Shown: positions 30,001 through 38,764 of the stretch, piece after piece | Numbering within the stretch: the stretch's first letter is position 1 | How the letters are laid out: each line of letters begins with the position of its first letter | IMG/VR virus record: IMGVR_UViG_3300029267_003703 | Location: 21,448 to 85,447 of that record | Length of the DNA: 64,000 nucleotides | Origin: a virus | Direction: 5' to 3' (one strand) | Translations under genes and position numbers: made by a program | Notes under the pieces: generated by a model | What the model was told of the DNA's origin: nothing | Seen by the model: the letters and a program-made list of their open reading frames with translations, nothing else | Databases searched by the model: none

Positions 30001-30515
30001 GTTGGGACGGTGACGAAGTGGACACGAAGGTAGAAGGTAAGGGGCGGCCCGAGAAGTCCCCTCATCGCCTGGCGGTGACCCGCCCATCTTGGGACGAGTA
30101 CTTCCTGAACATCGCCGAGGCCGTGTCAGCCCGTAGCCACGACGCGGAGACCAAGGTCGGCTGTGTCATCGTTGACGTCGAACATCGAGTCTTGGCTACG
30201 GGGTACAACGGCTACCCGCCCGGGTACAGCGACGAGCTGCTCCCGAACATCCGACCGTACAAGTACAAGTACATGGTGCACGCGGAGATGAACGCCATTG
30301 CGAGCTCGCGCGCGGACCTGCGCGGCGGCACCTTGTACTGCACCAGCACACCGTGCAACGACTGCGCGAAGGCAATCGTTACGGCCGGCATCAAGCGTGT
30401 CGTGTGCGCCAAAGCGTACTCGATGCACGACGGGGTCGCAGCAGAGGCCCTCGATCTTCTTCGGATGGGCGGGGTCGAGGCTGTGGTAGGCCTGCCCGTG
30501 GAGTCTGTCGGATGA
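29997..30515 (+). CDS. dCMP deaminase
   Basis: RPSWDEYF, KVGCVI, TGYNG, VHAEMNAI and PCNDC motifs; ATGA overlap sets the start at 29997. Confidence 0.93.
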   Translation: MSWDGDEVDTKVEGKGRPEKSPHRLAVTRPSWDEYFLNIAEAVSARSHDAETKVGCVIVDVEHRVLATGYNGYPPGYSDELLPNIRPYKYKYMVHAEMNAIASSRADLRGGTLYCTSTPCNDCAKAIVTAGIKRVVCAKAYSMHDGVAAEALDLLRMGGVEAVVGLPVESVG

Positions 30516-30912
30516 GCTACAGTGCGATGAAAGAGGGGCTGCTCAAGATCGCGGTTGATCCTGCGGCAGTTGGGGCCTTCGGACTAGTAACGCGATGCAC
30601 GGGCACAGCCTGCCTGGGAACTTGCGCCCACCAAAGTTGCCCCACGCAGGCAAGGAGGCGTTGAAGGCTGGCCTGATCGCGTCCGTCCCACTGGCCCTGA
30701 CCGGAGCAGCCATCCTTGCCCACCCTCAGTCCCGCAGAGAGATTCAGGATCCACGGCTCTACTCCAACATTCGCGGCGGGCTCACCGGGGAGTCGGCGGA
30801 GGAGCGGGTGCGCGCTCACAAGGACATCGAGCGGAGCAACCGAGGCAAGGGCGTGTGGCGCGCCATGAAGGCTGGCTTCTCCCGCTCAGGGGCTAAAAAG
30901 AAGAGCGACTGA
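30512..30912 (+). pseudogene. apparently frameshifted small K-x-A-leader protein
   Basis: MSYSAMKEGLLKIA starts at 30512, but coding-like sequence continues in the -1 frame (open 30559-30912). Confidence 0.5.
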
Positions 30913-31236
30913 GCGCTCTATCGGGCGGGGTAGTCAGCAGCGCCGAGGATGACGCTGCTGTCGTCGGGGTCGCGGTAGACCTTCAAGTACACGCGCCGGC
31001 CGACGATCTGGCCGAGCGCGTTCTTGAGCAAGACCACCTGCGAGGCAGGGGTCCTTGGGTCTGCCACCGCGCACAGCAGCGCGTTGCACGCTGCTGTGGC
31101 CTCCCGCTGTTCGGTGGGGGAGAGCTTCCACCATGGTTTCTTTCCCATCACTACTCTTGTGCCCGCTTCCCATCGAGTGTTGCCCGCTGGTAGGATCGTG
31201 GGGCAAGACGTTGCCATCACACCTCAGGAGGTTCCA

Positions 31237-32220
31237 ATGGCATCTGGAAGTGGACTGTTTTCGAACAAGGGGCCGCTCAAGCCTCACCTCACTGAGGGCA
31301 AGGGCGGCGTTGCTGGTGAAGTTGCGGACCTTCGAAGGGACGTAGGGGCCGCTCTTGGCGGCCTAGCGGCCTTGGCGGTCAACCATTGGGACTCGCCGCC
31401 AGCGGCTGACACCGACGGCATCAAGACGAGCGTGGCGAGCTCCGATGTGGCTGTGGAGTACACCGGTGACGACTTCGACGGCGCCGAGTTCTTGGTTGTG
31501 ACGGGCACTCGTGACCTCGACGAGCTCACGTACGGCGCCGGCGGGGCGCTCGACGGCGAGACCTTGTGGGTCAAGGTCGGGGCGTCCGGGGTGCTGCAAC
31601 ACATCACTCTTGCCGCTCCTGCGGACAAGGCCGCGGTGGCGACGCAGCTCACGGCCTTTACCGGCATCACGGCCACGGTTGACGGCGCGGACCACCTGGT
31701 GCTCACCAGCGCGACGCTGCCCATTCACATCGTGCGCGCGACCGGTAACCTACTCGAGGATCTCGGGCTCGAACTCGGTGTCGGCGTGATGGTGGGGGCT
31801 CGGCCGTTCACGGTCACGACCTCCGACTCTGCGGCGACGTGGGCCGGCAACTTCACGGTGTGGGGCCGGGACGTTCGCGGGCGTCTTCTCAGCGAGACGA
31901 AGGCCTTGGCGAACAACACGACGATCTCTACCACCACCCACTTCAAGTCGATCGAGAAGTGGGCGGTGGACCCGCAGAACAACGCGGCCGGTACCCTGTT
32001 GGCGGGCTTCGGCGCCACGCTCGGCCTCGAGGCCGCGCCGAAGATGCGTTCGGGCCGCCTCGTGATCATGCAGGAGCTCGAGGATGGGGCTGCGCCGGCG
32101 GCGGCGGGCGCGTTGTCGCTGCCCTCAGCCAACCCGCCGTACGGCGCGTATACCCCCAACAGTGCTCCCAACGGGGCGCGGGACTTCACGCTCTACTTCG
32201 AGGCCGACCCGACCATCTAG
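31237..32220 (+). CDS. virion structural protein (uncharacterised)
   Basis: AGGAGGT SD before ATG 31237; Ala/Gly/Thr-rich beta-type sequence. Confidence 0.65.
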   Translation: MASGSGLFSNKGPLKPHLTEGKGGVAGEVADLRRDVGAALGGLAALAVNHWDSPPAADTDGIKTSVASSDVAVEYTGDDFDGAEFLVVTGTRDLDELTYGAGGALDGETLWVKVGASGVLQHITLAAPADKAAVATQLTAFTGITATVDGADHLVLTSATLPIHIVRATGNLLEDLGLELGVGVMVGARPFTVTTSDSAATWAGNFTVWGRDVRGRLLSETKALANNTTISTTTHFKSIEKWAVDPQNNAAGTLLAGFGATLGLEAAPKMRSGRLVIMQELEDGAAPAAAGALSLPSANPPYGAYTPNSAPNGARDFTLYFEADPTI

Positions 32221-32573
32221 TTGAGCAACTGCTGCTCGTCCTTCTTCTCCACCAACAGATACGGGTTGCGCGTGCAGCCCGGCATGTGCTCCTCGAACAC
32301 GCGGATTACCCACTGGTTGAGGATGTCGGCCGTGGCGGTCGCGTCTCTCGCTCCTGCGGCAGTCAGGGCTTTCAGCTGAGCGCTGGTCACGTCTGCCAGC
32401 AGGGAGGGGTGGTCGGCTACTGCCCTGACCGCGGACAGTACGCGGGCTACCTCCTTCACCCCCTCTGCGCTGACTGAGGCCAGCAGCAGCGCCGAGTCTT
32501 CGGGCTGCGTCTTTTGGATGACGAGGCCCGCAAGGTAGCGTTTGAACGGTGCGGGGAGGTTGTGGTCCGGCAC
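32217..32573 (-). CDS. hypothetical protein
   Basis: 118-aa ORF converging on the previous gene. Confidence 0.55.
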   Translation of the reverse strand: MPDHNLPAPFKRYLAGLVIQKTQPEDSALLLASVSAEGVKEVARVLSAVRAVADHPSLLADVTSAQLKALTAAGARDATATADILNQWVIRVFEEHMPGCTRNPYLLVEKKDEQQLLN

Positions 32574-32690
32574 GAGCTTCTCCAGGAAGAACTCGAACAG
32601 GGTGCGGTCGAACTTCCCCCCCTACGGTCTCCAGCTTCTCAAGGTCGAATTGTACTTTCATCTGTTTTCCCTCCTGGTATTCTACCTCAC

Positions 32691-33149
32691 ATGAGAACTT
32701 CAACGGTCTTGTGCCTGGTTTTGCCGCTGGTTTGCTCGCCCGCGTACGCACAAGAGGTGACCCCTCCAACACCGCCAACAGTCCCGCCAGGCGGGGACAA
32801 GATCGAGTACCTAGAAAAAGACGCTCCGGCTCCTTACCCAGGCTTCCTCTACGACGCGGACACGGCAGTGCGGTGGGGCAACTGGCTCACGTTCTGGAAG
32901 AAGAGGTACGTCATCGACATGACCGAACAGAAGAAGGTCTGCGGCATCCGAGAGGACACGCAAACCAAGATTCATCTGATCGAAGTCGAGGCAAGGAACC
33001 GGATCATAGAAGAGCAGCGCAGGCGCCTCGAGGAGGTGGAGAATCCTCCGTGGTACGAGACCCAGTGGTTTGGGGTGGGGGCGGGGGCCACCGGCGCGTT
33101 CGGCCTGACGCTGCTGTCAATCTGGGCTGTGGGGCAGGCTGCTAAGTAA
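32691..33149 (+). CDS. exported protein with signal peptide, coiled coil and C-terminal TM helix
   Basis: MRTSTVLCLVLPLVCSPAYA signal; PPWYE..WFGVGAGATGAFGLTLLSIWAV anchor. Confidence 0.65.
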   Translation: MRTSTVLCLVLPLVCSPAYAQEVTPPTPPTVPPGGDKIEYLEKDAPAPYPGFLYDADTAVRWGNWLTFWKKRYVIDMTEQKKVCGIREDTQTKIHLIEVEARNRIIEEQRRRLEEVENPPWYETQWFGVGAGATGAFGLTLLSIWAVGQAAK

Positions 33150-33329
33150 GCTCGAGGCGCTCGAGCAGCCGCTTGTTGGCCTCGGGGGAGTTGGACGGGG
33201 GGACGCCGACGGCGCGCAGCGCGAGCACGCGCTCACCCGGCTGCATAGTGGCTACCTCTCCTTCGTACTCCACCACTTCCTGCGCGGTGGGACGGCGCGC
33301 GGTGTGCCACGGCTGCGCCGGCACCCTTC

Positions 33330-33944
33330 CTATCCGTTTCCCTCCTGGTCTCCGTTGTCGAACTGGTCGGCGCCGGCGAAGGACTCCTGCAGATAGTCCT
33401 GCACCTTCATGCCCTCGTAGGCCGCCTCGGCGATCATGCCGGTGCCGATGAGCAGGGCCTTGAGCATCCGGTCCTGGACTTGGGCGTTCTTCTGCATGCC
33501 GTCGACCATCTCCACCAGTGCCTCGATGTTCTTGTTGGCGTCGGAGAGCTGGGACTTGAGCTCCTCGAGGGCGGCCGCGCTGGCCGCGGAGACGGGCTCC
33601 GCCTTTGTGGAGGTGGCCACCGGTGCGGCTTTGGGCTTCTCTTCCTCCTCGGTCTTCTTGCTGGTGTTGCGGGGTGTGCGCTTGGAGGTGGACTCGTTCG
33701 ACGGCGTCCGCGCTGCTGCCTTCTTGCTTCCGCTGCCCACGGTCTTGGCTGCGTGCTCAGCGATCTTCTCGGCTTGCTCCTTGGGCTTCATGCCGTCGTA
33801 CGCGCTCTTCTCTTTCGGGGTGCTGAGCATCCCGATGGCCTCGGCCGCCATGCGCCGGGGCCAGCCGCTCATGGCAGCGAGGTCGTCCACACTCAGAGCG
33901 GCTACTTCTTCCGGGGTCATCTTCTTCACTTGGGCAAACGCCAT
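33330..33944 (-). CDS. hypothetical protein (Lys/Ala-rich linker, coiled coil)
   Basis: GGAGG SD; distal part of the - strand operon. Confidence 0.7.
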   Translation of the reverse strand: MAFAQVKKMTPEEVAALSVDDLAAMSGWPRRMAAEAIGMLSTPKEKSAYDGMKPKEQAEKIAEHAAKTVGSGSKKAAARTPSNESTSKRTPRNTSKKTEEEEKPKAAPVATSTKAEPVSAASAAALEELKSQLSDANKNIEALVEMVDGMQKNAQVQDRMLKALLIGTGMIAEAAYEGMKVQDYLQESFAGADQFDNGDQEGNG

Positions 33945-33947
33945 GGT

Positions 33948-34358
33948 TCATTCCCTCCGTTCGTCGATCTCTTCTTCCGACTCAGGGTTCATCAAGATGC
34001 ACGCCACGACCTGAGTGTCAGTGCACGTGCGGCACGCGATGTCGATGACCGGCAGGCCCTTCTTCCGTTTGATCTGGGCCGTCAGTCCTGCTGTCCTGTC
34101 CTTGTAGGTCCACTTCTTGAGGTCCTGGGCGGGGCAGGTAAGCTGCGTTCGCAGCTGCGTCCAGTAGTCCAGGATGAAGTTCATCCATCCGTTTCGCCAG
34201 GAGTCGAACACGTTCTCGACCTCCGGCGGTTCTTCCCTTCCGGTGATGTAGGCTATCAGCTCCTCTCTGCTGGCCTCCGAGGGCACGGTTAGGCCCTTGG
34301 CTCGGCACACTTGGTACAGTTCTGTTCTGTTCACTTGTTGGTAGTAGCTGTCATCCAT
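33948..34358 (-). CDS. hypothetical protein with SAP/HeH-like N-terminus and Cys cluster
   Basis: NRTELYQVCRAKGL...SREELI; CP...C..C......C. Confidence 0.6.
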   Translation of the reverse strand: MDDSYYQQVNRTELYQVCRAKGLTVPSEASREELIAYITGREEPPEVENVFDSWRNGWMNFILDYWTQLRTQLTCPAQDLKKWTYKDRTAGLTAQIKRKKGLPVIDIACRTCTDTQVVACILMNPESEEEIDERRE

Positions 34359-34359
34359 G

Positions 34360-34839
34360 TCACCCTCCCAGAAGGGAGATGCTCGGCTCCTCCTTCTCCA
34401 TGTCGTAAAGTCGAATCGTAACGCGTTCTTCTTCTCCCGCAGCGTTCGGGCTCTTGGTCAGGATCACCACCATGAACTGGCTGTCGTCGATGCCGCAAAC
34501 GTCGGCGAGGACATCCTCCAGAAGTTTGACTCTATTGGTGGCGTCCATCTTCTTGTAACGCGTTCTCGACTGTTTTGGATACGTCTTGTTGAACAGGTTG
34601 TTGAAGAAGAAGACGAAGTGCACGATGTACGGGACGTTCTTCTTGATCTGCGCCAGCGACGACCCGTAGTGCTTGGTCAGGTACACCTTCGACTCCCGCT
34701 TGAACGCCTTGCCCTTGTCCGTGAGCCGCCGCCCGCCGCCGCGCACGATCTTGCCCCTGACTTTCACCGGGGGCACGTTCTCGTAGGCGTGGTTGGTGGT
34801 CGGCGGCATGTCCGGCAGGCGCAGCTCGATCATTGCCAA
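34360..34839 (-). CDS. RusA-like Holliday junction resolvase
   Basis: PPTTNHAY and DATNRVKLLEDVL...GIDDSQ (D-x-x-N-x-x-K-x-x-x-D). Confidence 0.8.
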   Translation of the reverse strand: MAMIELRLPDMPPTTNHAYENVPPVKVRGKIVRGGGRRLTDKGKAFKRESKVYLTKHYGSSLAQIKKNVPYIVHFVFFFNNLFNKTYPKQSRTRYKKMDATNRVKLLEDVLADVCGIDDSQFMVVILTKSPNAAGEEERVTIRLYDMEKEEPSISLLGG

Positions 34840-35414
34840 CCCCTGCCCATGTTGCTCTCCCTGACCTGGCCGTCGAACTCCGTTTTGCGGATCTCGACTT
34901 GGCGGGAGATGACCTTGAGGTGCTCCTTGGCGGAGTTGGACCTGTCCCTGAGCAGCATACAGACCTGCTCTTGAACCTGGAGCTCAATGCGCAGGGGGCG
35001 GTACATTGGGTGCAGCTGGAGGTGGTCCTTCTTCTGCTCGACCGTCATCTTCTCCTTCGTGTTCTTGAGCCTCTTGTCCAGGTTCGTGCGGATGCGGGCG
35101 GCCACGTCGTCGATCTCGTTCTCCAGTTGGAGTAGGATGGCGTTGGACTCCGTGAGCCGTTGGTTCACGAACGTTGCCCAGCCCAGGTACTCCACGTAGC
35201 GCTCGGAGTACTCGGTGCCGGAGATGTCGGCCAGCTCCCCTTTCTTGATGGGCGAGGGGGCGTTGGCTTCCGTGACGCCCATCTGTTCGAGCCGCTGCAC
35301 CGCGTCGTCGTAGGTGTCCCACTCGCGCTGTACCTGCTCGTTCTCCTGCTGGCTGATGGTGGGCGGAATGCGGAACTTGACTCCGCGGCTTACCGGCTGC
35401 CTTTTCTTTTCCAT
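34830..35414 (-). CDS. helical protein, possible recombination mediator
   Basis: Long coiled-coil pattern ending ISRQVEIR, within the recombination cluster. Confidence 0.55.
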   Translation of the reverse strand: MEKKRQPVSRGVKFRIPPTISQQENEQVQREWDTYDDAVQRLEQMGVTEANAPSPIKKGELADISGTEYSERYVEYLGWATFVNQRLTESNAILLQLENEIDDVAARIRTNLDKRLKNTKEKMTVEQKKDHLQLHPMYRPLRIELQVQEQVCMLLRDRSNSAKEHLKVISRQVEIRKTEFDGQVRESNMGRGWQ

Positions 35415-36238
35415 GCGCGCGTCTCCACATTCATGCCGGCTTGTAGCATCGCCATCTCACCCGAGCGGTCCCTCGGTGAGCGGCGCCATGACGGGTGGCA
35501 AGTCCATGCGTACTTGCACCACTCGCACCAGATGCCCTCCTTGCGCGGTGGTAGTTCGCCCGCCTCGATGAGGGCGTTGAGCTCTACGATGCGGTCCACC
35601 ACCCTGCTCCAGATCATCGGTGTGTACTTGACCAGGAACGGTCCGGCGGACGGCGTGATGTTCTCGTTGCCCTTGTTGTAGTACATGAGCCAGGTTGCTG
35701 GGAGGTCCAGGCAGGCCATGTACACGTGCACTTGGTCGAGGTGGTAGTCCCGGGGCTCGGTGAGCTTTTCGAACTGTGCGGCCGACTCGGTTTTGATCTC
35801 CAGCCCCATGCGTGCGATCGGGTTGCCATCCTTGAGGAAGGTGATGACGCCGTCGCACGAGCTGAAGATGTTCCAGTCGGCGGCCACTGTGTTGTTGTCG
35901 GGGTTGATCCGCACCTCGTCTTCGAACTGGTAGGAGTCGAACTTGCCATCCATCTCGTGCATGGCTGCTTGGATGCCGGCGTGCACCCAGTGCCCATGCT
36001 CGAACTTCTTGCGCCAGACCCGCCCGATGACCCCCTTTTTCTCCGTGCCGGTCATCGTGTAGGCGGCGGAGCGCAAGCACCCCGTGATCTCGGAGGCATG
36101 CACGCCGGCAGGACGGTCGTGGTCGTCACGCTCGTCCATGAACCGTTCGTACGCATCCGAGAAGCCGCGGAACAAGTGCCCGTGCTCCTCCCAGTTCTCT
36201 TCCCGTTCGCCGTCTGCGATCGTCAGCAGACTCATCAT
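35390..36238 (-). CDS. Cas4-like PD-(D/E)xK exonuclease with Fe-S cysteines
   Basis: HASEITGCLR, CDG...LEIKT, QVHVYM and CEWCKYAWTC; start at ATG 36238 after AAGGAGG. Confidence 0.85.
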   Translation of the reverse strand: MMSLLTIADGEREENWEEHGHLFRGFSDAYERFMDERDDHDRPAGVHASEITGCLRSAAYTMTGTEKKGVIGRVWRKKFEHGHWVHAGIQAAMHEMDGKFDSYQFEDEVRINPDNNTVAADWNIFSSCDGVITFLKDGNPIARMGLEIKTESAAQFEKLTEPRDYHLDQVHVYMACLDLPATWLMYYNKGNENITPSAGPFLVKYTPMIWSRVVDRIVELNALIEAGELPPRKEGIWCEWCKYAWTCHPSWRRSPRDRSGEMAMLQAGMNVETRAWKRKGSR

Positions 36239-36588
36239 TCCTCCTTTACCTTGTGTCTCCAGTAGTCGTAGGGGATGACGACCCACTGTTCTTCGACGTT
36301 GCGCTGCTCGTCCGTGAACTGGATCTGCATGAGCGGCACCTCGCCGAGTTCGCAGTGGCCGCGCACCTTCGCCAAGTCGCTGCGCTTGACGGAGAACGAC
36401 TTCTTGCTCGTCATCTTCGCCTCGACGCGGAACTTGCCCTCCTTTCGTACGTCGTCCTTGTTCCAAGGCCCGCCTCCGGAGCCAGGCTGCCTGCGACCGC
36501 CGATGTCCTTGGCGATCTTGTGCTCCTGCCTCTCGGAGGCGCGCCTCGTCTTCTTGGCCTTTCGGCTCAGCCCCGTCGGAACAGACAT
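36235..36588 (-). CDS. Hjc-like (PD-(D/E)xK) resolvase/nuclease
   Basis: ERQEHKIAK..GG.RQPGSG...DD......VEAK; the long 5' extension in the ORF track is spurious. Confidence 0.75.
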   Translation of the reverse strand: MSVPTGLSRKAKKTRRASERQEHKIAKDIGGRRQPGSGGGPWNKDDVRKEGKFRVEAKMTSKKSFSVKRSDLAKVRGHCELGEVPLMQIQFTDEQRNVEEQWVVIPYDYWRHKVKEE

Positions 36589-37832
36589 GGCAGCCCCGTC
36601 ACCTTGTTGGCGAGTACCTGCCTGACGTGGACCGACAGCTTCGGGTCCTCGTCCAGCAGGCGGATGAGCTCGGCGACACCATTGATGCCCTCGAGCAGGT
36701 TCGAGCCGTTGGCATCCAGCACGTTGATGCCACCGCGCTTCTCGACGAGCAGCCCGTTTTGAATGAGCGGCTCGATGAGCGAGGCGTTGACGTCGATCAT
36801 CGACTTCATGGTGTTGTCGTTGAACATGAACTGGACCTTGCCCTTGCGGCCTTCCCGAACGCCCTCCTTCCCTTTCTGCGTCTCCCACTTGAACCACTTG
36901 CCGATCTGCGCCCCCTTGTCGGCGGAGCGGCCGGACTTGATCTTCTCGCCGTTCTCCACGATGACCGTGACGCTGTTGCCGTGCTTGACCGCCCAGCCGT
37001 CCTGGTTCTTGAACTTGCGACCGTAGGTGCTGGCTTCCATGTCGGCGCGCACCTGGCCCGTTGCGAGGATGGTGGTCTCGTGCTTGAGCCCCCCGAGCTC
37101 CGGGAGCTTGCGCTGGAGCTTGTGGTAGCGGTCGAAGAACTTGCGCTTGAGAAGGGCGCGGGCGGCCATCTTCTCCTTGTCGTCCATGTCCTTTTCGTAC
37201 TCGGCTTCGGACGTGAGCACGCTCAGGGAGTCGATGCCGATGATGTGGTAGAAGCCGGTCTCCAGTGCCTTGAGAAGGATGGTGAGAACCTCTTCCCCGG
37301 AGCCGCCGGTTGCGATGTGGAACGTGCCGGTCTTCTCCATGAGCAAAGTGCGCTCCTCGAGAGTGAGCGGTTCCATGCCCAGCTGCCTGCGGCCCTCTTC
37401 CATGTCGTCGATGGTGGCGAGCGGCAATCCTACACGGCACCCGACCTTGCGCATGAGCAGGTAGTCCGGCTTCGTCTCCACCCAGATGTGAAGGATGCGG
37501 GCGTCATCCCCGTAGATCGTCTGGTGGAACGCGTAGTAGTAGTCGAGCAGGACGGTCTTGCCAGAGCCATCGGGGCCGACGATGAGTGTGACGGCGTCGG
37601 CAGGCAGCCCGCCCCCGGTGCCCACGTCCAGCCCCGCAATGCCGCACGGTCGCCGCAGCAGGCTGGTATGCCCGGAGTCCTCAACCGTTCCGATTGCGTT
37701 GAACCCCATGGCCTCGTTGACGGCGTTGGCGATGGCCGCGCTCCTCTGCGCGGTGGCGGGCTTGTTCGTTGACGGAGACCGCTTCGCGGGTTTCTTCGCC
37801 GCTTTCTTGGTGGCCGGTTTGCGCGACGCCAT
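36567..37832 (-). CDS. RecA/UvsX-like recombinase
   Basis: GIAGLDVGTGGGLP, Walker A GPDGSGKT, GEEVL, IIGIDSL, GQVR, GWAVKH. Confidence 0.9.
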   Translation of the reverse strand: MASRKPATKKAAKKPAKRSPSTNKPATAQRSAAIANAVNEAMGFNAIGTVEDSGHTSLLRRPCGIAGLDVGTGGGLPADAVTLIVGPDGSGKTVLLDYYYAFHQTIYGDDARILHIWVETKPDYLLMRKVGCRVGLPLATIDDMEEGRRQLGMEPLTLEERTLLMEKTGTFHIATGGSGEEVLTILLKALETGFYHIIGIDSLSVLTSEAEYEKDMDDKEKMAARALLKRKFFDRYHKLQRKLPELGGLKHETTILATGQVRADMEASTYGRKFKNQDGWAVKHGNSVTVIVENGEKIKSGRSADKGAQIGKWFKWETQKGKEGVREGRKGKVQFMFNDNTMKSMIDVNASLIEPLIQNGLLVEKRGGINVLDANGSNLLEGINGVAELIRLLDEDPKLSVHVRQVLANKVTGLPCLFRRG

Positions 37833-37999
37833 CACTTCTCCTCGATCTCGCCGGTCTCTTCGAAGGGCTCGGTGCCGCAGCTGGGGCACATGAGAACGTC
37901 ACCATGCCTTTCGATCTTGGCGCCGCACTTGGGGCAGCCGCCGCTGGCGAACTTCTTCATCTTGTCGTTCTTCGACTCGTCGACTCCGTACTTGTCCAT
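37832..37999 (-). CDS. 55-aa zinc-ribbon protein (below ORF-track cutoff)
   Basis: MDKYGVDESKNDKMKKFASGGCPKCGAKIERHGDVLMCPSCGTEPFEETGEIEEK; AGGAGGT SD. Confidence 0.75.
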   Translation of the reverse strand: MDKYGVDESKNDKMKKFASGGCPKCGAKIERHGDVLMCPSCGTEPFEETGEIEEK

Positions 38000-38000
38000 C

Positions 38001-38471
38001 TCAACCTCCTGTGGATGAGTTCTGCTTTGCCGTTTGCATGAGCTCTCGCATCTGCTTGAACCACTGCAGTCGTCGGCCCATCGTCATTCCCTCCAACAGG
38101 GCGTATACGTGGTACCCGTGCAGCTGTGCGAGGATCGCTTCCGCGTACCGATGCCCGGCGTAGATGTAGATGTCGTCCTCTTTGGTGACTCCGAAGCAGG
38201 ACGTCAGTATGTTGGCGCAACGAGCCCCCCAGTCCCTTCGTTCGTTGGGGGACTTGGGGAGCTCGCGCTCGTAGGTGTAGACCGGGTAGTCGGGCCGCAT
38301 CACGTGGTGGAACGCGGACACGATGAGAACCCGGTCGTGTGCAAGGCACGCGTAGTCGTACGCGGCCCTGAAGAGGCTGCCGGTGTACAGCTCGCAAGCC
38401 GGGACGGGGGTGTCCCCCGTCTCGATCTTGCTTTTGCCGCACCCGACGAGCGCGATGGATTGCCCGCTCAC
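38001..38471 (-). CDS. DUF6884-like protein
   Basis: IALVGCGKSK...PACELYTGSLF...IVSA.H...Y pattern; GTG start overlapping the upstream stop. Confidence 0.65.
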   Translation of the reverse strand: MSGQSIALVGCGKSKIETGDTPVPACELYTGSLFRAAYDYACLAHDRVLIVSAFHHVMRPDYPVYTYERELPKSPNERRDWGARCANILTSCFGVTKEDDIYIYAGHRYAEAILAQLHGYHVYALLEGMTMGRRLQWFKQMRELMQTAKQNSSTGG

Positions 38472-38764
38472 TTCGCGGCCTTTGCTTCTTTGGCGGCTTC
38501 GTGCCTCGCCATGTTCATGGCGCTGTACTTGCGAACGCACCCGCACATCGGCATGACCTCTCCGCAGTCCTCGCAGATCTTGCCCTTGCCGGTGCCGTTG
38601 CAGGCCATGCACCGGTAGTCCTTCGTCCTGAAGTTCCAGTCGTGCAGGCCCGTGCCTCCGCAGATGCGACAGGTCCGGTCCCCTGGCTCGCGGTGTGCGT
38701 CGATGGGTTCTGGGAAGGGCACGACTGGCAGCACCTTCGGCAGCCTGTACTTTCTCTTGCTCAC
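38468..38764 (-). CDS. small Cys-rich protein with DnaJ-type zinc-finger repeats
   Basis: CRICGGTG, CMACNGTG, CEDCG. Confidence 0.7.
   Translation of the reverse strand: MSKRKYRLPKVLPVVPFPEPIDAHREPGDRTCRICGGTGLHDWNFRTKDYRCMACNGTGKGKICEDCGEVMPMCGCVRKYSAMNMARHEAAKEAKAAK

Noticed and set aside
35390-36238. CRISPR-Cas locus suggested by the Cas4-like gene
   Set aside because: No repeat-spacer array or other cas genes were seen; the context is recombination.
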